Source: the human T2T-CHM13v2.0 reference genome, Homo sapiens. Taken from it: 64,000 nucleotides of DNA. The notes below the pieces were generated by a model. The model saw only the letters and a list, made by a program, of their open reading frames with translations. It was not told the DNA's origin and ran no database searches. Shown here piece after piece: positions 12,643 to 25,200 of this stretch. The stretch is taken from NCBI RefSeq assembly GCF_009914755.1, contig NC_060925.1; one strand, given 5' to 3'. Each line of letters begins with the position of its first letter. The first letter of the stretch is position 1. The position numbers and the translations under genes were made by a program.

Positions 12643-13922
12643 TTTAGCTAGGATTTCTGGTACTATGTTAAACAACAGTGGTGACAGGGGGCATCCTTAT
12701 GTTCCAGATCTTAGAGGAAAAGCTTTCCATTTTTCCCCATTCCATATGATTCTAGCTGTGGGTGTCTTTCCTGTAGTTTTTATTACGTTGCGGTATGTTT
12801 CTTCTGTGCCCGTTTCTTTGAGGATTTATAGCATGAAGGGATGTTGAATTTCATCAAATGCTTTTTCAGTTTCAGTTGACGTGATGATACTGTTTTTGTC
12901 GTTTATTTGGTTGATATGATGTATCACATTGTATGTTGAGTGACCCTTGGGTCCCAGGGATACATCCCACTTGATCATGATGAATTATCTTTTTAATGTA
13001 TTACTGAATTTGATTCACTGGTATTTTGTTGAGGATTTTTGCATCAATATTAGAGATCCTGGCCTGTAGTTTCCTTCTTTGATGCTTTTGTCTGATTTTG
13101 GTATCACAGTAATAATGGTCTCATAGAATAAGTTTGGAAGTATTCCCTCCTGTTTTTCAAAATAGTTTGAGCAGGATTCGTACTAGGTCTTTAAATTGTT
13201 TGGTGTGAAGCCATCAGCAGTGAAGACATCAGTTCCTGGGCTTTTCTTTACTGGGAGACTTTTTCTGATGGCTTCAATCTCATTACTTGTTACCAATCTG
13301 TTCTGGTCTTGGATGTTTTCATTGTTTAACCTAAGTAGGTTGTATGCATCTAGGAATTTGCCAATTTCTACTAGGCTTTCCAATTTATTGGCATATAGTA
13401 GCCAGTTATGATCCTTTGAATTTCTGAAGTATTAGTTGTAATGTCTCCTTTTTTTAATCTGTTGATTTTATTTATTTGAATCTTGTCTCTTTTCTTAGCC
13501 TGGTTAAAAGTTTGTCAATTTTGTTTAGCTTTCCAGAAAACCAACTTTTCGTTTAATCTTGTCTGTTTTTTATTTCAATTTTGTTTGTGCTATGATCTTA
13601 TTTATTTTCTTATTTTCAGTTTAGTTTGTTCTTTACTAGTTCTTTAAGATGTATTGTTTATTTGAAGGTTTTCTTTTGTTTGGATGGTAGGCACTTATAG
13701 CTGTAAATCTCTGCCTTTGTACTGCTTTCTGCATAACAAGTTTTGGTATACTGTGTTTTCATTACCCTTTGTTTCATGAAATTTTTGAATTTCTGTCTTA
13801 GTATCTTCATTGACCCACTAGTCATTTATTCAGGAGGGTAGTGTTTAACTTCCATGTGATTGTATTGTTTCCAAAATTGCTTTTCTTATTGATACCTAGT
13901 TTTATTCCTTTGTAGTGAAAGA
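12643..13922 (-). mobile_element. L1M(A)-type internal ORF2 fragment
   Basis: ORF 13183..13383 (KFLDAYNLLRLNNENIQDQNRLVTSNEIEAIRKSLPVKKSPGTDVFTA) matches L1 ORF2 just upstream of the RT domain; no poly-A or TSD. Confidence 0.9.
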
Positions 13923-13924
13923 AG

Positions 13925-15200
13925 ATGGCCACGGAGACAGACAGCAGCGTGGTCAGAGTGGTAGGAGCCGGCCATCAGCGAGAGCTGCTCCATGCCTGGC
14001 TGCTGGGTCCTAGAGCCTGTGGCCCACTGGCTTGCCTCACTGTGGTTGGTGGTGGTGGTGACAGAGACTGCAGGACGACCAGAGTGGTAGGACAGGGGCT
14101 ATCCAGGGCTGCACCTTTCGCAGTGTGGGGTGGGTTGAGGGCGCTATCCAGGGTGTCATTGCCTGCATTAGGGGTACTGGTTGGTAGCACTGTACAGGGC
14201 TGCACTGCCCACGGCAGGGAGGGTGGGTTATGGGTGCTCTCTGGGGCTGCAATGCCCATGGAGGAGGACAGGTTAGGGCACTATCAGTTATACGCTACTG
14301 GCGGCATTGGGGGACGGAGGTGGGGGGCGCTATTGAGGGCAGGGCTAGCCATGGAGCGGGGGCGAGTTCGGTGCTATCAGGGGCTGCACTGCTGGTGTCG
14401 GTCAACAGAGTTGGCATCCAAGGAAGGAGTGGTTCTCCTCTCCCTGACTCCACACTCCAGAGGGCGACCCACTCTTGGTCATACTGGAGTGCAGCAGGGC
14501 ACACAGCGTTTGCGTGGGAATCCTGAGCATGGCAGAGCCCCCACACCCACCGTGGTTCCTGGGCCTGTGTACTGTGGGTCTGTGCCTCAGAGGCTGCCAG
14601 GCACCCCTGGGGACACCACGGGGGACAGGGCCCTGTGCGTGGAGGTGTCCGGAACAGGAATTGGCACCTGGGTGTGGAGGGCTGGCTGGGTCTGAATTTT
14701 TCTGCTTCTCCTGCTCCCCGAGGAGTGCAGCCCCAGTGGGCCCAATGGTTCCTGTGGAGTGGGGAGCTGGATGCTGTGGTGTCTCCAGCACCCACCCCAG
14801 ACCCCAGTTCCTGCCCAGCTTGGGCCAAAAGGAGAGGCTGGACTTTGTAGGGTGGGTGTGAGTGCCTTTGCTGAAACTGGCCCCTGCCACCCAGTGGCCG
14901 GCATGACAAGTTGAGGCTCTAACCCTTCCACCCCTCACATCTTTCCCTAGGCTTTTCTGGCTTTGCCCGCCCAGCTGCTCTGTGCCAGGAGGAGGAGGAG
15001 ACACCTAGAGCCTGCGACACCATGGCTCGCCTCGCTGCGGGTGGGCGGCAGTGACAGAGACTGCGGTGCGCCAGAGTGGTAGGAGAGCGGCTGCGCTAGG
15101 AGGGCAGGCGGCTGCAGCCAGGGTTGGGGGTCAGGCTTAGAGCGATGGACGGGCTGCAGCAGTGGCCAGGTGGTAGGAGCCTTGTAGGGAGGGCTGGTGC
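13925..15200. repeat. REP522-like repeat, part 2
   Basis: Same ctatcnggggctgcactg cores at 14097-14395, plus recurring gacagagactgc...ccagagtggtagga motif at ~13935, 14059, 15052, 15145. Confidence 0.55.
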
Positions 15201-18200
15201 CTTGGCAATGGGCCTGGCTTTGCCCTGCGCCTGCCGTGGATCTGGCCCTGTACTGCCCTGCCTTGCCCTGTACCTGCCCTACTGTTACTTGGACTCTCGG
15301 CCCTGTCCTGCTCTGGTCCCATCCTGACCCTGTCTTGGCCCTGTGCTACCCTGTCCCTGCCCTGGTCTTGCCCTGGCACTGGCCCTGCCCTGAACCTGCA
15401 CTGGCCTGACCTTGGCTCTGGCCCTGGCTCTGGCCCTGCCTCTTGTCCTGACCCTGGTCGTGTCATGGCACTGGCCCTGCCAATGGTCATGGTCCTGCTC
15501 CTGTTCTGGCCCTGACCTGGCCTTGGACATGTCCTGGCCCTGCTTTGGCCCATCCCTGCCCTGGCTCCACCATGGGCCTGCCTGTTCTGCCCTCTCCTGG
15601 CACTGACCTTGCCCTGTCATGGCCCAGTGGTGCCATTGCCCTGCCTTACCCTGCGCTGGTTGTGACTTGGCCCCGCTTGGTGCTGGCCACTCCCTGGACC
15701 TGCCCTGGACCTGCCCTGACCCTGCCCTTGGCTTTTGCCCTGCCCTCACTATGGCCTGGCCCTGGCCCTAGCCCTGGTCCTGCCATATCCCTGGCCCTGC
15801 CCTTATCCAGGCCCTGCCCCTGCTGCTGCCCTGGCCCTGGCCTGGAACCTGGTCCTGTCAAGAACCTGCCCTGACTCTGCCATGGCCCTGGCCCTGCTCT
15901 GCCTTGTTCCTGGCCCTGACCCAGACCCAGACCCTTTCCTGGCTCTGCACTGGACTTTCCCTGGCCCTGAGCTGGCAATGGTCTGCCCCTGGTCTTGCCA
16001 TCACCCTGCCCTGCTGCGCTCTGGATGTGTCATCACCCTGCCCTGGCCCTACTCTGCCTTTGACCCTGCCCTGGCCTTACCTTGGCCCTCACCCTAGCCT
16101 GCGCTAGACCCTGCTCTGGAGCTGACCCTAGCACAGACCTGGCCCTGATCCTGGCCGTGGTCTTTGTCCTGCCATAGCCCTGGCCCTGAAGTGGACTTGG
16201 AGGTGTCCTGGCCCCGGCATAACATGGCTCTGCATTGGCCTGTCCCTGCCCTGCCGCTACCATCTCCTTGCCCTGCTCTGTCCTGTCCCAGTACTGACCC
16301 GGCCATGCTATTTCCCTTCCCTACCCTGCCTTGGCTGTGCCCTGGCTCGGTTCTGGCCCTGGCCCTGGCCCTGCCCTGGACATGCTCTGACACTGCCTCA
16401 GCCTCGGCACTAGCCTGGCTCTTTCTTGGCATCAGCTCTGCTCTCTCTGTGGACCGGCTCTTGTCCTGTCCTGCACTGGCCATACCATGCCCTGCCCTGC
16501 CCTGCCCTGACTCAGTCCCGGGTCAGCCCTGGCCCAACCTTGGCCTTGGCATTGCCCCTGGTCATGCCATATTTCTTGCCCTGTCCCTACCCTGGCCTTG
16601 GCCCTGACCCTTACCTTGCTGTGGCCCTGCCCTTGCCCTAACGCAGCCCCTGGCCCTGTCATGGCCCTGCCCTGGACCTGTCCTGGCCCTGGCCCTTCCC
16701 TGCTTGAGACCTTGCCCTGGTTCTCCCCTGGCCCTGACCCTGAAATGCCTGGCCCTACCCTGGCCTTGCACTGCTCTGGCCCTTGCCCTGACTCTGGTCC
16801 TGTCACTGGCCTAGCCCCAGCCCTGTTGCTGGTCTTACCATGGCCCAGACCCTGCCTTGGCCCTGCCCTGACACTGTCCTGGACCCTGGCTGTGCCAAGA
16901 ACCTGCACTGTCCTTGCCATTGTTTTGCTCCTGCCCTGAACCTGGTCTTCCCCAGGCCGTGGCCATGGCCCTGGCCCTGGCCCTGCCCAGGTCTTGGCAC
17001 TGTCCTGGCCCCGCCCTGCCCTGGCCCTGCCCTGCCCTGGCCCTATGCTTTCCTGGCCCTGCCTTGCCGGCCCTGGCCCTGCCTTGGCCCTAGCCTGGCT
17101 TTGACCCTGCCCTGGCCCTACCTTGGCCTTCACCCTAGCCTTACCTGGGCACTGTGTTGGACCTGGCCATAGCACAGACCTGGTTGTGGCCCTGGTCCTG
17201 CTGTGGCCCTGTCTCAGACCCTAGCCCTGCCAGGTACCTGTCCTGGCCCAGCTCTGGGCCTGGCTTTGTCCCTGGTTCTTAGATGAACCTGGCCCTGCTC
17301 CTGCCCTTGCTGTTGCCCTGGCACTGGCCTTGGACATGTCCATGGTCCTAACCCTGGCCCTGCCCAGGAGCTGCCACTGTCTTGGCTGTGCCCTGGCTCT
17401 GGCCCTGCCCCGGCCCCAACCATAGACCTGCCCTGGTTGGTCGTGCCCTACCTTAACCCTGTGCTACCCTGGGCCTGCTCCACCCTGCCCTGGCCCTGCC
17501 CTCCCTTTGGCCCTGCCCTGACCCTGCCTTGGCCCTCACACTGGCCCTAGCACAGACCTGGTCCTATGTGTGGCCTAGGCCTGGCATTGACCCCTGCTCC
17601 TGACCCCGGTCCTGCCATGGCCCTGGCCCTGCCAATGACCCTGGCAGCCCTGACCCTGGCCCTGTCTTGGCCCTGGCCCTGAACTGGCCCTGCCCTGACC
17701 CTGGCCCTGAAGTGGATTTGCAGGTGTCTTGTCCCTGATGTAACCTGGTCTTACCATGGCCCTGTCCCTCCCCTGGCTCTGTCCTGGCCTTCTGCTGACC
17801 CTGACCCAGACCTTGGTCCTGCCCCAGCCTTGTCCTAGATCTGGCCATGGCCCTGCATCTTCCCTGGACCAGCACTGGCACTGGCATGGACCCTGGCCCT
17901 GACCCTTCGCTACTTAAGGCCATACCCTGGCCCAGCCCTGGTCCTGACCCTGTCCTGGCCCTAATTTGGCCTGGCTCTACCCTGGCATGCTATTCTGGCC
18001 CTAGCCCTGACCCTGTCCCTGTCCCTGTCCTGGCCCCAGCCCCATTGCAGGTCCTGCCACGGCCCTTGTCCTGACATTGCCCTTTCCTGGTTCTGGCCCT
18101 GGCCCTGTCCCAGCCCTGCTCTGGCCCTGGTCTGAACCCTGGCCCTGCAATAGACCTGCCTTGGTCCTGCCCAGACCCTGGCTCTGGCCCTACCTCTGCC

Positions 18201-21195
18201 CTGGCCATACCCTTGCCCTGGCCTGGACCCCAGTCCTGGTCCTTGTCCTGCCCCAGCCGTGGCCCTGGCCCTGCCCTGCCTGTGCCCTGTTCTATCCTGG
18301 GCTGGCCCTGCCATGGCCTGGTCTTGCCATTGCCCTGCCCTAGCCTGCCCTGCTTGTGCCCTAGATCTGCCCCGGCCTTTGCCCCTGTCTTGGTTCTAGC
18401 CTTGACTGAGCCCTGGACCTTCCCTGATCTTGCCTCAGCCCTGGCACTACCCTGGCCTTGCCTTGGCATTTGCCCTACTCTCTCTATGGCCTGGCTCTGG
18501 TCCTGCCCTGCTCTGCTCTTGTTCTGTCCTGGCACAGCCCTGGCCCTGGCCCTGGCCCTGCCGTATCACTGGCTCTGGTCCTGCCCTTATGCAGACCTGA
18601 CCCTGCCACTGCCTTGGCTTTGGCCTGGACCTTGGCCATACAGTGACCCTGCCATGACCCTTTCCTGGCCCTGGCCTGGAACCTGGCCCTGCCAAGGACT
18701 CGCCCTGGCTCTGTCATGGCCCTGGCCCTTTCCTGGATTTGGATGTGTCCTGTCCCTTATTTGCCCTGGCCCTTCCCTGGCTCTGCCATACCCCTTCTCT
18801 GGGGTAGGGCCAGGGTCAGGACCAGACCAGGGCAGGGTCAGGACCAGGGTAGGGCCATGGTAAGGCCTGAAGATGGGAAGGGCCAGGGCAGCGGCTGGAC
18901 CAGGGAAGGGTCAGGGCCAGGGATGTAGTAGGACTAGGGGCAGAGCCGGCACTAGGGCTGAGCCAGGACAGAGCAGGAGAGATTACATTGGGCTATTACA
19001 TAAAATTTTTATTTTAGATTTTTAAGATAACTATAGTAGTAGTAATGTCTATACTATATTGTTTGTAATAGTAATAATATTTGCAGTAATCACTAAATTT
19101 TAACTAATACTATCTTTGCTTCCAGTAGTGTTCTATGAGTATAATTTTATCAATATGTTAATATGTGAGGCATTGATTCTCACAATAATTCTATGTGCTA
19201 GGTACTTAAAGCATCCCCATTTTCCAAATATAGGAAACAGGTATAAAGAAGTTAAATACTTGGCCAGATTACTCCTGTAATCCCAGCACTTTGGGAGGCC
19301 AAGGCAGGCAGATGGCTTGAGCTCAGGAGTTTGGAACCAGCCTGGGCAACATTGTGAAACCCCATCTCTACTAAAAATGCACAAAAAGAACTAATTTAAG
19401 TTTCTTGTAGGATTCTGGTTATAAAACACTGGTCAAACACACAGGGCATGGATAGGGCAGGGCCAGGGACAAGGTCAGGCCAGGAAGGGGCCAGGGCCAA
19501 GGCAGGGCCAGAGATGGACTTGGAGATGTCCTGGTCTGATTTGCCCTGCCCCAACGTTGGTCCAGCCCTGCTCTGGCACTTCCTGTCATGCCCTGTCCCT
19601 GGCCTGAGCATTGGCCCTGGCCCTGTCCTGCTTCTGGCCCTGCCCGGGAGTTGACCAGGCACTGCCATGGCCCAGTCCTGCATTGCCCTGCCCTCCTCTG
19701 CCCTGGTGCTACCATGGCCCTGCTTGGGCCCTAGCTCTGCCTCGACTCTGGACCTGCCCTGACTCTGCTCAGCCCTGGATCTACCCTGACTCTGCCTTGG
19801 TGTTGCCCTCCCATCTCTATGGCCTGGCTCTGGCCGTGCCTTGCACAGATCATGCTCTGCCCTGCGTGTCCCAGCCTGGGCCCAGCCCTCGTCCTACCAT
19901 ATTCCTGACCCCAGCCATACCCTTGTTCTGGCCGTGACCCTGCCGTGGCCCTCTCCTGGCCCTTCCTTGGTCCTGCCCTGCCTTTCCATGCCCTGGCCTT
20001 GCTCTCACCCTGCATTGGCCCTGCACTGGTCCTGCCCTGCCCTGGCACTGCCTTGGCCCCGGCCCTGCCTTCTCCCTGGTCTTGCCTTTGCCCTGCCCTG
20101 GCCTGACCCCAGGCCTACCGAGTCCATGAAATGGCCCTGGACCTGCCTTGCCATCGTCTGTCCTGGCCCTGTATTGTCCCCACCATGCTCTGGTCCAGCG
20201 CTTGCCCTGGCCCTGTTGCTAGTCCTGCCACTGTTATGGCCCTGCCCTGTTTTTGGCCATGCCCTGTGCTACCCTAGCCCTGCCCTGCCTTGGCCTTGGC
20301 CCTACCATGGCCTTCTCCTACCCTGGCCTGGCCCTACACTGGCCTTTTCTACTCTGGCCTTGCCCTTCCCTGGTCTTGCCTTGCCCTGGCCTTGCCCTGC
20401 CCTGGCCTTGGCTTTGCCTTATCCTGGTCCTGGTTCTGCCCTGACCCTGGCCTTGCTCTGGATCCTCTCTGGTTCTGCTTTCTCCCTGGCCCTGCCCTTG
20501 CTCTGGCCCTGTCCCTGGCCCAGCCTTGACCCTGACCCTGGCCCTGACAATCCCCAGGTCTGACACTGGCCATGCTTGGCCCTGGCCCCTCCTTTTGGCC
20601 CTGCCCTGGCCCTGCCTTGGCCCTGTGCTATCTTAGTCCTGCCCTGGCCCTGAACTCACCCTGGCCCTACCCTCACCCTACACTGGCCCCGCCCTACCCT
20701 GGCCTTGCCCTGCCCTGGCCCTGCCTTTGGCCTGCTCTGGCTCTGGTTCTGCCCTGGCCTTGCCCTTGCCCTGGACCCTCCCTGGCCGTGTTTTTTCCAT
20801 GGTCCTTCTCTGGCCTTGCCCTTGCCCTGTCCCCTTTCTGGTCCTGCCATATTTCTGGCCCTGTCCTGTCCATGTCCTGGACCTGACTCTGGCCCTGGAC
20901 CTCCCTGTCCCTGCCCTGCCATACCCTGGCCCGTTCCTTGCTCTACACTGACCCTGCCCTGCCTTGGCCCTGCACTACCCTAGCCCTGCCCTGGCCTTCT
21001 GCTGACCCTGATCCTGCCATGGCCCTGGCCCTGCCATGTCCCTGCCCTGGCCCTGGTTCTGCCCTGCTTCTGGCCCTGGCCTTGGTCCTCTCATGTCCCT
21101 GGCCGTGACCCTGCCCCTGGTTTTTCTCTGGCCATGACCCTGCCCCTGTTCTGTCCTATCCCTGGCCCTGTCTCAGTTCTGTCCTAGCCCTGGCC
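15200..21195 (-). repeat. CAGGG-type GC-rich degenerate repeat array, (CCCTG/GGCCCT)n on +
   Basis: ~6 kb of gccctg/ggccctg/gccttg; G-rich strand is minus except at 18801-19510. Confidence 0.9.
19160..19390. mobile_element. MIR fragment (-) followed by a FLAM/Alu left-arm fragment (+) in the AT-rich spacer of the CAGGG array
   Basis: catccccattttccaaatataggaaacagg...gaagttaaatacttggcca; cctgtaatcccagcactttgggagg...ctactaaaaatgcacaaaaa. Confidence 0.75.
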
Positions 21196-21587
21196 TTTCA
21201 CAGTACTTTATGCTTAGTAAGGGCTCCATGGTGTCTGTGAGTTGAATGTAGTGTTCATAGTATCTGCCAAAACAGAAAGAAAAAAAACAAAATATTTTGA
21301 TAAGAAGTTAAAGCTTTGTATATAATATGCCTTGAATTGTAAGTGCCTGTTATTAGTTGTATTACATATAGGTCATGGTTTTGTACACATAACTCCAAAC
21401 CATTGATACTGTTAAAAGAATATATGAATATATGAAAGAATGTATAAACGTAAGAATGTATCAGTATCTAATGACCTTTCCAAATTAATATTTATTTTTA
21501 GCTCTATTAGATTTTTCTCAGTGTAACAAACGTTTATTCCTATGTAATTAAGGGCGTATTTCCTGTACAGAATATTCATATTACCTA

Positions 21588-22050
<463 letters not shown>

Positions 22051-22206
22051 TATAAATAAAAATAAGTAAAAAGAAATATTAGTAAATATAAATATAAATA
22101 CATATAAATATAAAAATGCATGCATGAAAAGAAACAATTTTTAAATTTAACATCACTGAGGGCATCCTATCCATTTCATTTCATGATTCCATTATGTCAT
22201 TTCACT

Positions 22207-25200
22207 TAGATGAAATGATAAGATGACTTGAGATGAGATGAAATGATGAGATGAAATAACAAAATGATGAGATGAGATGAGATGATGAGATGAAATTTTG
22301 AGATGAAATGGAGAGTGGAAATGATGAGATTAAATGATGAGATGAAATGACAAAGTTGAAAAGAAATTGAAAGGAGATGAGATGAGATGAAATGAGATGA
22401 AATGATGAGATGATGAAATGATGAGATGAAACGAGATGAAATGATGAGATGAAATGAAATGAAATAATGAAATGATATGAAATAATGAAATTGAAATGAG
22501 ATGAGATGAGATGAAATAATGAGATAAAATGAGATGAAATGAGATGAACGATGAGATGACATGATGAGATGAAATGAGATGAAAAATGATGAGATGAAAA
22601 ATGAGATGAAATGAAATAATGAAATGAAATAATGAAATGAGATGAAATGAAATGAAATAATGAAAGGAAATTATGAAATGTAATGAAATTGAAATGAAAT
22701 TGAAATGAGATGAGTTGAAATGATGAGATGTAATGATGAAATGAAATGATGAAATGAGATGAGATGAAATGAGATGAAATAATGAGATGAAATGAGATGA
22801 TGAGATGAGATGAAATCATGAGATGAAATGATGAAATGAAATGAAATGATGGATGAAATGATGAGATGAAATGAGATGAAATGTAATGAGATGAAATGAA
22901 ATGACATAATGAAATGAAATAATGAAATGAGATGAAATAATGAAATGATGAAATAATGAAATGAAAATGAAATGGAAATGATGAGATGAGAAGAAATGAT
23001 GAGATGAGATGAGATAAAATGAGATGAAATGATGAGATGAAATGAAATGATGAGATGAGATGAAATGAGATGAAATATGATGAGGTGAAATGACATAATG
23101 AAATGAAATGATGAAATGGAATAATGAAATGGAAAAGAGATGAGATGCAATGAGTTGAAATGAGATGAAATGATGAAATGATGAGATGAAATGATGAGAT
23201 GAGATGTGATGAAATGATGACATGAAATGATGACATAAAATGAGATGAAATGTAATGATGAAATGAGATGAAATGAGATGAGATAAAATGATATGAAATG
23301 AGATGAATGATGAGATGAAATGATGAGATGAGATGAGATGATGAGATGAAATGATGAGATGAACTGATGAGATGAAATGAAATTGAAATAAATAAATAAA
23401 ATTGAAATGACATGAGATGAAATGAGATGATGAAATAAAATGATAAAATGATGAGATGTGATGAGATGAAATGATGAGATGACATGAAATAATGAAATGA
23501 AATAATGAAATGAAATTGAAATGAGATGAGAAGATACGAGATGAAATGAAGTGATAAGATGAAATGATGAAATGATAAGATGAAAAGAGTTGATGAGATG
23601 ATAAGATGAAATGATGAGATGAAAAGATGAGATGAAATGAAATGATGAAATGAAATGAGATGAAATGAAATGACATAATGAAATGAAAAAATGAAATAAT
23701 GAAATGAGGTGAAATTAAATGAGATGATGAAATTAAATGATGAAATGAAATAATGAAATGGAAATGATGAGATGAGATGAAATGACGAGATGAATGATGA
23801 GACGAAATGAGATGAAATGATGAGATGCAATGATGAGATGCAATGATGAAATGATGAGATGAGATGAGATGTAATGATGAGAGGAAATGATGAGATGTAA
23901 TGAAATGAGATGAAATGAATGAGATGAAATAATGAAAGGAAATTGAATTGATATATGAGATGAAATGAGATAAAATGAGATGAAATAAGAAATGATGAGG
24001 TGAAATGATGAAATGCTGAGGTGAGATGAGATGAAATGAGGAGATGAAACGATGAGATGAAATGAAAGGATGAGATGAAATGATGATATGAGGTGAGATG
24101 AGATGAAATGAGATGAAACGAGATGAAATGGTGAAATGATGAGATGAGACGAGAAGAAATGAGATGAAATGAGATGAGATGAAATGAGATGAAATGAGAT
24201 GAGATAAAATGAGATGAAATGAAATGAAGTGAAATGAAATGAAATAATGAAATTGAAATGAGATGAGATGAAATGAGATAAAATGATGAGATGAAATGAT
24301 GAGAAGAAATGAGATGAAATGATGAGATGAGATGATGAGATGAAAAATGATGAGATGAAAAATGATGAGATGAAAAATGATGAGATGAAATGATGAGATG
24401 AAATGAAATGAAATAATGAAATAATGAAATGAGATGAAATGAAATGATGAAATGATATTGAAATGAAAGTGAAAGATGAGATGAAATGATGCGATGAAAT
24501 GATGAAATGTTGAAATGAAATGATGAAATGAATAGATGTGACTTGAAATGAGCTGAAATGATGAGATCAAATGAAATGAAATGAGATTAAATGATGAGAT
24601 GAAAAATGATGAGATGAAAAATGATGATGAAATGCTGAGATGAAATGAGATCAGATGAACTGAGATGAGATGAGATGAAATAATGAAATTAGGTGAAATA
24701 ATGAAATGAGATGAAATAATGAAATTGAAATGAGATGAGAAGAAATGAGATGAAATGTTGTAATGAAAGGAGGAAATGATGAGATGAGGAGATGAAATGA
24801 TGAGATGAATTGAGATGAAATGAGATGAAAAATGATATCAAAAATATGAGATGAAATGAAATGAGATTATATGAAATGACATAATGAATTAAATGAAATT
24901 AGATGAAATGAAATGAAATAGTGAAATGAAATGATGAAATGAAATAATGAAAATGAAATGGAAATGAGATGAGATTTGATGAAATGATGAGATGAAATGA
25001 TGAGATGATATGAAATGATGAGATGAGATGGGATGAGATGAAATGAGATAAAATGATGAGATGTAATGATGAAATGAAATGATGAAATGAGATGAGATGA
25101 AATGAGATGAAATAATGAGATGAAATGAGATGATGAGATGAGATGAAATCATGAGATGAAATGATGAAATGAAATGAAATGATGGATGAAATGATGAGAT

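Noticed and set aside
15137-20983. Pro/Trp/Cys/Leu and Gly/Gln ORFs resembling structural proteins
   Set aside because: Translations of the CAGGG repeat.
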